Below the pieces are notes generated by a model. That model was not told where the DNA came from, searched no databases, and saw only the letters and a list, made by a program, of their open reading frames with translations. Of a stretch of DNA of 64,000 bases, positions 51,306 through 64,000 are shown in pieces (position 1 is the first letter of the stretch; each line of letters opens with the position of its first letter). Source of the stretch: Octopus bimaculoides (lineage: Eukaryota); assembly GCF_001194135.2 (NCBI RefSeq), contig NC_068998.1, forward strand, positions 52,926,511 through 52,990,510, given 5' to 3'. The position numbers were made by a program, and so were the translations under genes.

Positions 51306-52622
51306 CAGTTATAATCGAAATATCGGTCCTTGTGCCAAAATATGAAACCAATATAATGCATTAGATTTGTTTGAATTACACATCGTATTAACATAACGAA
51401 AAGCGAAGTGTTTTTAAATACGTTTTTGCTGAGTGTACTATTATTGTAGATTAGATTGGAAGTAAGCGTATATTTCGTATTTTAGCCAATGAATATGTGC
51501 GTGCTTATTTACGTGCGATATTTGTGTGTGTTTGTGTAAAGCGATGACGTGGGAAGACGATCTTTGGAATTAGTGCGTTGATATGTGTATGTGGGATGTT
51601 AACGTGTGCTTGTGTAAATTGATGATGTGGAAAGATATAGTTTAGAACTTATCTGAATACATGTATTGTAATCTACTAGAAGCACATGACAGGATATTAA
51701 ACAATTTTATATACATTATACCAACCATGTCAACAATACATAAAAACAAATATGCTGATGCACGTATGGCTTTAGGAATAAATTTGCATTTTATAAGCAC
51801 TCTTTATTTCTATATGCTGTCATCACTGTAGAATATTAATTCATAGCTTCGTTCGCAAAGCCGACCAAAGCTAGACAAAACATAAGTTATGACAAGGAGT
51901 AAGAGGGAGGCGGCGGATCGAGAGGGGGAAAATGTGTGATTTTCATCATATCAGTAAAATCAGAACGGGAAGTTATTGCTAATTCAACTAAACCAAAAAC
52001 ACCAATAAATCCATAGATATTCTTTATCTATTGAATGCCTTCTGTATATAGATATATACGTGTGTATGTGGGTGTGTAATGTTCTGTTTTGTAAGAAATA
52101 GCGGTATTGTAAAAAAAATGGAAACTAATTTAAAGAAAAGCTATTATTATTCCTACACGCAGAAACGAAGATCATCAAGAGACCAAGAAAACTTTTCTTC
52201 AACGTATGGTCTGCAAACTCTCACACACCAACGACTGGAGATATGCATTCGGCTCACTCGTCAATAACCGCTAGGCAAAGAAGCAGGCCTCGACGTGGTC
52301 AGACGACGTGCAATAAAATAGCTGCCAAAACCTGCTCAGCCTATATGTTGCTGTATTAAAAAGTGTTGGATGCTCTAGAAACCCTGCCACATGTCTGGAC
52401 AAAAGAAGGCATCAAATTGATAGAATGGTTGTAACAGCAGAGAGATTACGATTACTTTGCGCAGTTTGTCTGGACTCTTCGTTCTGATTTCAAATCTCAT
52501 CGAGGCCAATTTTCAGGTTCATTCCCACTGTGTGGCACCTGTTCCAAGTGGCTTCTGTATTACCATGATCGGCCAAAGTTTCGTCAGTAGATTTAGTAGA
52601 CAAAAACTCAAGGATATCCGTA

Positions 52623-52655
<33 letters not shown>

Positions 52656-52848
52656 TCAAATGAACCCGAGACAATGTGGTTGGGAAGGAAACTTATTTTC
52701 ACCCGGTTAAATACAACTAAATAAACAGTGTTTCAAATTCAATAATTTCCAAGAAGGAAGTACATTTTGGATATTATAATCAAGGATACAGTCACGGCTG
52801 GAATGTCTTTGATTATAAGCTATCTCAGCCAGACGTAAAATATTACTA

Positions 52849-53232
52849 ACTTCTAGGCGCAGGAGGGACTATGTGGTAAGTAGTTTGCCTACCAACCAAA
52901 TGGTTCCGAGTTCAGTCCCACTGTGTGACGCCTTGGGCAAGTGTTTTCTACTATATCCCCGGCCCGACCAAAGATTTGTGAGCGGATTTGGTAGACGGAA
53001 ACTGAAAGAAGCCCGTTGTATATATATATATATATATATAATGTGTGTGTGTGTGTTTGTCCCCCACCATCCCTTGACAACCGATGCTGGTATGTTTTAC
53101 GTCCCCGTAACTTAGCGTTTCGGCAAAAGAGACCAATACAATAAATACTAGGGGTCGATTTGTTCGACTAAAGGCGGTGCTCCAGCGTGGCCGCACTCAA
53201 ATGGCAGACAAGTAAAAGAATAAAAGAATACG
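52849..53232 (+). mobile_element. SINE family A, most intact copy in the window
   Basis: tRNA-like head (tgtggtaagtagtttgcc..tggttccgagttcagtcccactg), CORE-like gccttgggcaagtgttttctactata, internal (TA)n(TG)n, tail aagtaaaagaataaaagaata. Confidence 0.9.
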
Positions 53233-53553
53233 AAAGGATGTCAACTACAAGAACACTAATCAAAAGAAACCATTTCAAAATAAAAAGCAAAGCACTTCAG
53301 AATGTTGAAGTCTTGTTGATCCCTAAATCGTAAAGATTACCAAGGGTTTAGCATCCTAATGAAGACGTTAATGGCATAAGAAGGAAGAAATGGCGATGGG
53401 AAAATAAATACAGCATTATTCCATTGGGGAAAGAATACAAAGGAGTATTAAATTATATAAAAATAACTATCAATCATGCACTTAAATAATCAAATAAGAT
53501 TAATCAGCTTAATTGAAACCAGCAATACGTGACAACTCAAAGGGTATTAGTTG

Positions 53554-53594
<41 letters not shown>

Positions 53595-53599
<5 letters not shown>

Positions 53600-53775
53600 C
53601 AAACAGAGGGCTAAACATAGAGGAGACAGACAAAGGGATTAAGGCGATTACGTCGAACCGAAAGGATGAAAGGCTAAGTCGACCTCGGCGGAACTGGAAC
53701 TCAGAATATAACGTCAGACGAAATACCGCTGTGCATTTCGTCCAACGTTCTAATGATTCTGCCAGCTCATCATAT
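53595..53775 (-). mobile_element. SINE family B with the alternative (family C type) tail
   Basis: Reverse complement atgagctggcagaatcattagaacg..gttccgccgaggtcgacttagcctttcatcc..aatccctttgtctgtctcctctatgtttagccc. Confidence 0.8.
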
Positions 53776-56700
53776 ATATCTACGGCCTGTCCTTGGGTGT
53801 GCGTGTGTTCGTCTGTGCGTGCGCGTGTGTATGTGTCCGTGTGTGAATGTGTGTGTGTGTATGCATGCATGTAGATAGTTATAATCCAAACTGTGTCCTC
53901 ATTATGTACATCTATTTACTGTAGTACTCCAAAATTGTATGAAGATGTTATAATTGCGTGTGACATGCAGGAGTATTTGATAATACTGGAAAATAGTATT
54001 ACATATCAAAACAGAAAATTAGAAAAAATATTTGATATTATATAGCGCCATTTCGCAATTCACTCTGCCCGAAAATACACAACTTCGTAAATATAATTTG
54101 AACTTGAATACTTTGACCATAAATGAAACCAATCGATTCTCTACTCTTTTAAATAGAACCACACGTAGATAATACATTCGTTATACATACAAGGAAATGA
54201 GGGTCACGGTTGGAGCACGTTTGGTCATAGGTTTTTTTCCTTCAGTAACTTCCCTGACCATAATTACCAATTGAAGATATACGAGCTATCTATCACGGAT
54301 TTGTAATGTCACCACATATTTAATACAAACGAAGAAGAATGGTGGTAATGGACTTTATACTTTGTTATAAGAATATTGTTAATAGGAACAGTAACGGTGC
54401 AAAATAACTAGAGATCCCACTAAATTATTGACAACAATGTAGTCGGCATTAATACGTTAACATAGCTGAAATTGTAGGTTAATATTCTACCTAAAATACA
54501 CAGCATACAATATAAAGTTTTCTTTTTAAAATAAAACATAAAATACAGAGTTTAGCACACAAAATGCAAATTACTCAGCATTTCAGAGATGTAATAGAAA
54601 TAACAATTATAAAGAACTGTCTTCTAGAAAAAACAATATAAACTCAGAAAATAATTCTAAAAAATCTTATACAAAACTCACAAGGCATAGAATGCTAATG
54701 ATATACTGGTTTCTTTTTCTATTTGAAATAAGAAACGTAATCAGTTTTACGATCAATACTTTCTAGCAATACTAAGAGATATGTATTTTTTTCATCAACT
54801 AGAAATTTAAACTCGACCTGATATTTCGAGCGTCAAAAAATAAAACTGCGAGAAAATTTGTATTGCATAAGAGAAATGTGTTATTTTCTGTGAGGTGTTA
54901 CAGGGAAAGGAATGAGATATACATTAACATGGTACTACATGATGAAAAACAATTAAGCACGTGCCGTTTGTGAAATTTTATGTTGTTGCTTAAGCTGCAA
55001 CATATAACTGTTAAATCACACACATATTGCAAATAATAAAAAAAAAAGATCGGGAACGCATTGGTTAATCCAGTTCCCGATACACACTATCTGAAAAGAG
55101 ACAGGATAGCTATGAGTGGATTATCACTATTTAGAGTATATTTCATGTTCTAAACCAGAACAAAGTCAAAATTCACTGAGATGTTATGTTTTTCGTAAAT
55201 TTACAACTATAATATTATTTCACTATAACAACAATTGTTTGAAATTTTGGCGTCATTGATAGTTATTTTCTCAACACAGAAATGAAGAACAATGGTTATC
55301 CACGGCGGAATTTGAACTTAGAAGATAAAAAACCGGAAGAAATGCCGCTAGGAATATTGTTCGATGTGGTAACGATCTCGCTCGCTCACCGACTGACTTC
55401 AGAGAAACAATAAAAATATATAAACCATACAATAAAAAATATATAACATACTCGCTAAAATGTAATAAAAACACAGTAAAAAATTCGAAACTTTTGCAGA
55501 AAAAGTGCTGTCTTGTCTAAATTCAACCTAGACATAAAAAGGAAGCAAGAATAATAATTACACGCAGGAAAAATGATTTACCATAAATTGCTAATTATGC
55601 TTTGTTTTTCAAATAAATAAAAGTAACTCTTTCTAGATCAATACTTCTCTACCATACTTCCAAACTTTGTAGCAACACTTTGAGGTGTTTGTTTTCATAA
55701 CTTAGTTATAATCACGAACTGTTATTTTCAGCATCAAAATAAAAAGTATTATATAACAAGAAACTATTAGAATTATCTACAAGGGTGTGACAGCCAAACA
55801 AATAATAATCATATATTTACCTGTTACCACCAAATAAAATAAAACTAAAAATGTGTTAACGGAAACTTTCTACACTCATGTGTGTTATACTAGTCATAAT
55901 AGGTGCGTTTTCATGAAACGACACCCGACCCATTTAGAAAAATGACAAGACACTGGAACAATGGATTTCGAGATACATTATTTAAAACGAAATGGCCACA
56001 AAGAGAAACCTTTGACATTAGAGTTGGTCAAGGCTGAGAAAAAGGTAAATGATAATAATAATAATAAACGTGGCCTTGTTCTAAACCCGGCAATTAACAT
56101 TACGAAATAGACTTTAGTATTACAAAACTGCAGAACATTTAGCGAGTGGTTTTCTTCCAAATCCTATCTACTATAAATTAATAAATAAAAGTCCATGACT
56201 GACATTCACTTAAATATAATTTTAAAATAGCTTTGTACATGTAATTTTACTGTATCTTCTACCAGTTTATTCCCTATGCCCCCACCCGCCACCTTTTTCT
56301 TCTACCACACACGTTTCATGGAATCCTTACTTCCTGCTTCCAATTTTTACCTCATCTTTCTTGGAGCGCGTAGGAGAACATGGAAAATTTTACACAACTC
56401 TACACCCTGATTTATAAACTTGTCAAATCCCTCCCAACTGGAACCTAGGTAAAAAAACAAAGCGTTGGATAACGTGTGTGTTGTGTGTATGTGTGTGAAC
56501 TAAAGACACCGATACAATACGTACCAAGACTTAAAGATTATAGACTTGGGTCGGTTCGTTCGACTATAAAAGTCAAGGAAATGATCCAGCATGGTCGCAG
56601 TCTAATGAGTGAAAGAAGTGATAGACAGAAGATATGCTGGCGCTAAAAGAAATTATTTGTTGAAATATTTTGCGACGTGTTACGGTCAAAATGACCTCGT

Positions 56701-57353
56701 GAAACATAAAAGAAATACTGAGGGTTTTTTAAATATAGGTAACATGTAACTGATAATAAAACTAAGGCGGAGTCAAGTGTAAAAATAGATGCCAGTTCAA
56801 TTTCCTAATAAGGATAATGGAAAATTCCAGGTTGTAAAGCAAGAAAATTTCAAAGAAATGATTGTAAGGAACTAATGAGTGAGTTTTGAAAATAGGGTGA
56901 GAGAGATTTATGGACAGCAATAGAGTGGGAGAGAGAAAGAGAGAGAGAGACAGAGACAGAAAGAGAAAGAAAGAGAAGAGAGAAAGTGAGGGGGAAAGGG
57001 AGACCAATAAAGTAAGCTGTAAAGCGATAAAACGTGAGTTCAAGAGATGTCTATAGCTGAAACAAGGTTAAAGTTTAAATGATCACATGTATATGTATGT
57101 ATATATACATCCATATATATCTATGCATATATATATGTGTGTGTGTATGTGTGTGTGTATATACATGTATATATTGCATACATACACACTCACACACACA
57201 CACATCTATATACGTGTTTGTGTGTAAATGTATGCATATATACATATGTATATGTGTATATGTATGCATGTATATGTGTATATGTATGCATGTAGATATG
57301 TATATGTATGCATGTATATGTATACGTGTATATATCTATAGTATATATATATA

Positions 57354-57397
<44 letters not shown>

Positions 57398-58626
57398 GAC
57401 ATATATATGTGCCATGTATGTATGTATTTATTTATCCATTTCTCTAGTTGTTTCAAAGAGATTGATATAAAGAGGTATATGTGATAAATCCGAAAACTGA
57501 TAAAAAATTTCGGGTATGAAATAAAACCTTGAGCGAGGTTGGTGACGAAGGAATGCGTAGAAGTCATTTACCTTGGGATTATTTTGGAGTAGAAGAAATT
57601 AAAACAAATATTTCAGGCTGGTACAAAATATTTGGGAAAATTTAGAAAAATTACCTACATAGATGTGAAGAGATTTATTGAATAGCAAACCATTAGAACG
57701 ATATATGTATAGAAAATGTGTTTGTATGAGCGAAAACATTACAAGGTTAAAAAAAAAATGTATGAGATTTATGAGAGCAGCTAAATGTTTTCGTAGATAT
57801 AGAGTTAGATATCGTGATTTACAAAGAGTGAAAGATAAACAGATTGAGAAAACTTGTGCACGAGGAAGGATATAGCGTTACAGAGGTTTTAAGCATTTCC
57901 GCTTGGTAGGTGCAAATTTTGCGGAGATATTGAGGAGTTTATTATTCTTAATGACAAAGGAGAGCAATAGTAAAACTAATCAGGAAGATTTTAATTATAA
58001 CAAGAGATAAAGAACAGTAATTACGGTTGGTAAATTTCAAATACTGTAGGAAATAGAACAGGGTAAACATGTAAATATTGTGTAGCGATAAGATTAAGTA
58101 TAGCGTAACGTGGTCCATAGTAAGGTAGGTAGATCCATACAATATCATTTCCAGGAGATGCCGACCATACTCCGAGGAATCGCTGTCTATTCTGTTGTCC
58201 AATAAGGTCATTAATATTATCAAGATGCCTACATACATATAAATGTACTTTGGCAAAATGTAGTGGGAATGACTTTAAGTGTTAATATAATTTACTTTAA
58301 GGTAAGGAGGAATTAAGTTTAGCATTAACCTCCACATTCTTATTAACACCAAGTAACTATTTAACTTGCTATGTGAATGTGTATGTACCAAACCACACGT
58401 GTGCTTTGCTTATATCTACGCGGATACTTGTATGAGGGAGTGAACATATGCCTTCCATTTTGCGCCAGGGCATTTATCTATGTATAACCCGAAGAGACAC
58501 ATCTGCACCGGCTGGCGCTCCGGAATCAGTTGTAAAGTATCCCAGCCGTGAGGCATCGATGCTAGATGTATGGAAACAATCGTCGTGATTAATAAAAATT
58601 CTCGGTCCTTCCATCTACCGTATATA

Positions 58627-58681
<55 letters not shown>

Positions 58682-58694
58682 TCTCTCTGTTTAT

Positions 58695-58790
58695 TTTCTC
58701 TTCTTTTTGTTGAAGAGCGTAGGCTCGAAATGTAAAAGAATTTTCTCACTTTCCCGAGCGTCAAACTAATACACTTATTTGTTTATGCAT
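58695..58790 (+). mobile_element. Penelope-like terminus with hammerhead-like motif
   Basis: ttcttt-ttgttga-a-gagc-gtag-gctc-gaaa-tg-ta-aaagaa at 58701-58740; homologous to 1-110. Confidence 0.55.
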
Positions 58791-59939
58791 CATATATAAT
58801 AATGATAATATATTAGTGTATATTAAATGCATTATAATACAGGTGGCTGTAGCAATTAAAACCCAAAAGGTAAAATTAATGAATGAGATTGCAAAATAGC
58901 ATCTGCAATTGCTAGAAATGAAAGTCAAAAATTAGCTCAAACAACCACACAAAAGAACTAACCTCATGAAATATTCGGGATTGTGAGCAGCAATCCAAAA
59001 CGTCTTTCTTTGAGATAAACTCACAGAATGAATTAATTTGATAAAACCTTTTCAGAATATCATCATAAGAGAAAATCATTGGCAATGAAACATTTCAGTT
59101 ACGTAAGGAATATTTTGTATTGTATCTTTTCAGTTTGTATAAATCGTGCCAGCGGCTTTAGTATTCATATGGAATGCTGACAGCGTCATAGCTTCGATTG
59201 CTCCAACTAGGGAAGATCAATAACGAAAGTTATGCAATATTTGACAATGCAATCAGGTTATAAGTAATTTTGTTTTGTTAATAAAACGCACAGAAGATGA
59301 TACAACTAAATCTTCCATGGACAAACTCTGCTGTTGTGTTTCTCCTGATGTATATGTATGATCTATTCAAATTAAGAAACCAAACAAATGACATCCGCAC
59401 AATAATACGAGTGCTGACATCTATTTTACTTTTGCGATATACAAAAGTACGTAGTAGTAGTAGTAGTAGTAAGAGGAGGATGTGCAGCAGCAGCAGCTGT
59501 AACAGTGCATCGCTGCATCCACAATTTGTTGGTAATTCCTATTACTCTTGGCTGACGATGTCTCTGCACCACACAAGCGATGCTCCAACAACCGATGGGT
59601 CTCTTTTAAGTAGTCCTTGCTGGTGAGGGATGTACGATATCGAGGGATGCAAGTCGTCTTAACTTTTAATTAGTAAGTATTTTATAGAACAGTCCTTCAG
59701 AATAAAAAAAAAAGCATTATGGTAAATCAACCCAGATAGTCTCGAAAACATGCACATAAGAAGTGCAATTTGTGTCTTAAGGCACTCTATCATTTTCTCC
59801 AATCACGAGGGTACCGAGACTTAAAAATAATTGTTAATGGAATTACGGGTAGTAAAGGGACTCATAAATATTATTATCTGGTTTCTATAACGTATAATTG
59901 CCAGAGGTCTCAACATGACTCCTGAACGGGGTAGTGCTC

Positions 59940-60150
59940 CCTTACAAGGTTCAAAGCCTGCAATTTTGAGAGGAAAGCGAAGTCTATAATGTGTACCCCG
60001 GTACTTGACTGATACTTATTCTATCCACGCAGAAGGGATAAAAGACAAGGTTTGCCTGGGTAGGATTTGAACTGAGAGCGTGAAAAGACGGAAGAAATGC
60101 CAGTAACCATTTTGACCAACATGCAAATGTCTGTGCCAGCTTACCGCCTG
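59940..60150 (-). mobile_element. SINE family B, degraded
   Basis: Reverse complement aggcggtaagctggcacagac..ttactggcatttcttccgtcttttcacgctctcagttcaaatcc..aataagtatcagtcaagtaccggggt. Confidence 0.75.
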
Positions 60151-61000
60151 TGCCGGTTAAACTGCTTTATTATGTTACACTTGTTTCTGTTCTGAGTTCA
60201 AATCTTGTTGTAATCCACTTTGTAATTAATAGATACAACAATAATCCGATTGAACTGACTCTACTCCTTTCAAAGGATCTATAATTTTAAGCAATGAAAT
60301 ACACAAAAGAAACATCTTAATGACATTGGAATTTCCAGGGACGATGCCAGTCAATATTTATAACGAGAAGTGTGGTGTTTGGTTAGAATTATTACAGCAT
60401 CAGACGACATGCTGTGTTGAAATGAAATGATCTTAAAAATATGTGCTTGCTTTGTAATTAACTACTCCGCCCCAAATGGCTGTGACCCCTGATTTCTCTT
60501 TAACTTTTTAGATCATTTGTAATGACCTCGAGATCGACTTTGCCTTTGATCCTTCGCTGTTCGTTTCAAGCAATGGCGTCGATTTAATCGAATATAGTCT
60601 CCATCCACAGAAACATTCATGGCTTTGCTAATGTTAGAAATCGATGTTGATAATAAGAAAGAGGAGAATAAGGGATGGAAATGTAAAGAGGAAACGGTTA
60701 TTCCTTCTTCGGGTTTCGAACAAAATGCCATGCAATATTTCTTAGGTTAGCTTTTTTTTTTTACGTTTCGAGCTCGAATGCCACCGAATTCAACTTCGCT
60801 CTTCATCTTCTCAAGGGTCGATAAAATAAAGTATCAGTCAAGTACTGGAGTTATAAATATTAACTGGCTCTTCTCCGTGACGAGCCTGCTGTCTTGAATC
60901 TATTATTTTAACCTTTTATTTCCCTCCTGTTCTCCTAAATAACTTTTGTACTACAATTTGATTGTTGTACTAACGGCCGTAAGATCTACAAAAAAGGAAA

Positions 61001-61185
61001 TATTCTTTTCTGCTCTAGGCACAAGCGTGGGAGGGGATCAGTCGATTAAATCGATCCCAGTACATAACTAGTACTTAGGCAAAGTTGACTTCGGCGGAAT
61101 TTGACCTCAGAACATAAAGACAGACGAAACACTGCTAAGCATTTCCACCCGGCGTGCTAAAGTTTCTGCCAGCTCACCGCCTTAC
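61001..61185 (-). mobile_element. SINE family B with an imperfect flanking duplication
   Basis: Clear head and tail; acaaaaaaggaaatatt (60988-61004) versus acaagaaagaatatt (61184-61198). Confidence 0.8.
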
Positions 61186-62704
61186 AAGAAAGAATATTAT
61201 TGTAGTGCGAGAATATTGTCGAACGGATATGTTTCATTCGGTAACAGATACACTCTGTGAACACGAAATGGATTACATACATTCTTTGTTGTTTTAATGA
61301 ACAATGCAACCTAAATTTTACGTATTCGTAATATTTATATTGAAAAGGAATTAATAAATAGGAAGTTTACGTAAAAATTAATCCATTATTTTTAACACTG
61401 TACCATTAAAACTTGAAACGCTGGCACAACTTTTACTGTTGTCCGAAAACTCAAAGTTATAAATATACTGTACTTAAATCAGAAGCAAAAACAAAACGAA
61501 ATAAAACAGCAGCTGTTAGCGATTTGATCATAAAATTAACAGCGTCTGTTTAACGTAAATAGGGTAGAATTAGAAAAGAAGAAAATGATATTACAACTAC
61601 ATAATACTCAAAATGTTTGTACGAAACTATATATTTGAAAGGTAAAAAAGAAACAATAATAAAAGTGGAAAGAATTGGGAGAAAATAATGTTGCATCCGA
61701 TGTATGTAATTTCTTTAGTTTGCTTATAGCAATGAAGAAAATTGATCAGGTTAAAAATAAAAGAATGACAAGGAAAGTAATTTAAAATAAAGGAAATGTA
61801 ATGAAAAACAAAAAGTTGAATTATAAGCTGATATCTATATGGTCTTGTGTTGTTATAACATTTTATATTGTGATGTTGCAGTTGTTATTGTTGCTTAAAA
61901 TTCTTATGTTCACGTCGACCTAGTAGACTTGTGAATAAAGACATTCAAGCCATGATCATCTCAACTCTCGTTCTAAGCCGTTGTGTGTCTGCAACATCCA
62001 ACATGCTTCTTTGAAGTGTGAATTCTAAAATTTCAAAGAAATCTCTGAGGGGCATCGAAGTCTTTGGAGGGTTGCCTTGTTCGTGGTGATCGGGTTTGGG
62101 GAGAAATATGTGTAGTATATAGCACTTCTATTAGAAGTAAAAAAGACAACAACATAGAAGTTCTGAAATAAAAGATAAGACAAATATAAATTTTATTTTA
62201 ATAACTGGCATTGCTGCTACCACACACACATGCATACATAGATACAAACACACACATGCATGCCCCCCCCCACACACACAAATGGAAAGAAAAAAACAAA
62301 TGGACAGTATTTTATCCAAAAGTTTTCGCATTTCTGTCTACTATCGGTAACGTCTCATGCGGTGCATTCCTTTGTTGCTATTTGTGCCAATTATTGTTTG
62401 TCCGCTTCGGTTATCCCTCCACAATTCCAGCCCTATTCACCCGTGAGTATGCAGTCGGGTGGCACAGCTCTGTGTGCATCATCGCCGCACCAGTTGCGTT
62501 GCTTTGCCTTGTCACACAGACTCAGCAATCTGTCGTGCAGGTGAATCGAACGCGAGGAGCTTAGATTTTGCTGAGAACCATCCACCCAGCTTGCGGTTTC
62601 GCGTCAATTTGCCTGTCGTTTCGGCCGGCACAGTTCCGGAGAGTAGTCTCTGACGAGTGTCTGAGACGGCCGATATGTTCACTTCGATATATATACATAT
62701 CTGT

Positions 62705-62735
<31 letters not shown>

Positions 62736-63559
62736 AAATTTTATGGTTTTTGTATTCGAACCTACGTGACAGCTATTGAAAGATTTGAATTCAGATTAGT
62801 TAAGGAAACATTCGTAGCTTATACGAAAGCTAGGCTGAGCCATTTGAAAAATATCTTCGACCTGATAACACGATACAAAGAATTCCCTCGTCATAATGAA
62901 AACAGCTTACACATCCAGTTGTAGCTGAATGAAATATATTCAATAAAATGTGAGCAGTTACTGTGGTTTAAATTATATAAAAACTGAAATATGGGTTTTA
63001 GTAACAAATATGATCAAAGGAATAATTCCAGAAATACAGAATTACAACAGTGATAGCAACAACAGAAAAATAGTCGCTTACAGAATAATGAGCAAGCGAT
63101 AGGCTACATCAGTTTTTTTTATTTATTTTTTTTTTTTTTTAATTACTTTCGGAAATAAAAGATCATAAAATGAATGACGCGTGTGAGTCGTTTGGAAAAT
63201 ATATAGCATCGTTTGCGAAAAAATGTATATTTGCCTTGAATCAAAATGGAGAACGTGTCAAGAAAGAAGAATATCAAACACGTTAAATTGATGTTATATC
63301 GCTTCAAACAATGGTTGGAAGTGGACAATTATTCATACAGCAATCAATTATTCAGTCTCTGATCCATATTCAGTGACCAACACATTTTTCTTTCATGAAA
63401 ATATAAGGATTTCAAATATGAAATATGTCTTCTAATGATATATAAGCTGCGTCACTTATTCGCTGTGTTAGTATTCTTGTTTTAGCCCGAGGCAAGCGTT
63501 GACTGGGAAAACGTCTCAATAAAATCCCTTTCAGCCTGATCAGCCTGTCGTCGCAACGA

Positions 63560-63770
63560 TAGTCCTTTTATCTTCAGTAATTGGATTGCGGCCATGCTGG
63601 AGCACCACCTTCAAAGATTTACTCGTACAAATCACCTAGAGTGTATTAAGGCTGGTACTTATTCTATCGGTCAGTTTTGCTGAATCCCTACGTTACGAAG
63701 GACGTGAACATACGAACACAGATACTAAGGCACAAGCTTACACAGACACACTGAAAATACATACACACAC
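63560..63770 (-). mobile_element. SINE family A, 3' half
   Basis: ggattgcggccatgctggagcaccacc..ggctggtacttattctatcggtc..ggacgtgaacatac. Confidence 0.8.
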
Positions 63771-63771
63771 G

Positions 63772-64000
63772 GATATGATATGATATGATATGATATGATA
63801 TGATATGATATGATATGATATGATATGATATGATATGAAATGATATGAAATGATATGAAATGATATGAAATGAAATGATATGATATGATATGATATGATA
63901 TGATATGATATGATATGATATGATATGATATGATATGATATGATATGATATGATATGATATGATATGATATGATATGATATGATATGATATGATATGATA
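63772..64000. repeat. (TGATA)n pentanucleotide array with TGAAA variant units, running off the window end
   Basis: Directly visible; variant units are clustered at about 63836-63876. Confidence 0.98.

Overview
This window is AT-rich, microsatellite-saturated animal DNA from a gapped draft assembly. It has seven N-gaps, and six of them abut a (TA)n or (CA)n run on at least one side. The repeat content points to an Octopus (coleoid cephalopod) genome; that is an inference from recognising the repeat families, not a database result. I cannot support any host protein-coding gene: nearly all ORFs in the track are translated microsatellites or N-gaps, so the window looks intronic or intergenic. What can be supported is as follows. 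(1) Dozens of tRNA-derived SINE copies of at least four head types, some sharing tails. (2) Degraded non-LTR retrotransposons: two R4/Dong-like copies, two CR1-type fragments and three probable L1/Tx1 3' ends. (3) Penelope-like pieces: a GIY-YIG C-terminus and several termini with hammerhead-ribozyme-like folds. (4) A decayed mariner transposase. The observations most worth following up are an 83-nt pre-miRNA-like hairpin in non-repetitive DNA (33407-33489), a hammerhead-like motif with non-canonical core bases in three copies, retroelement ends abutting (TAA/ATT)n arrays, a SINE inserted in inverted orientation inside another SINE, and a CpG-rich unique island at 62300-62690. Coordinates of degraded repeats were estimated by eye and are approximate (tens of bases).
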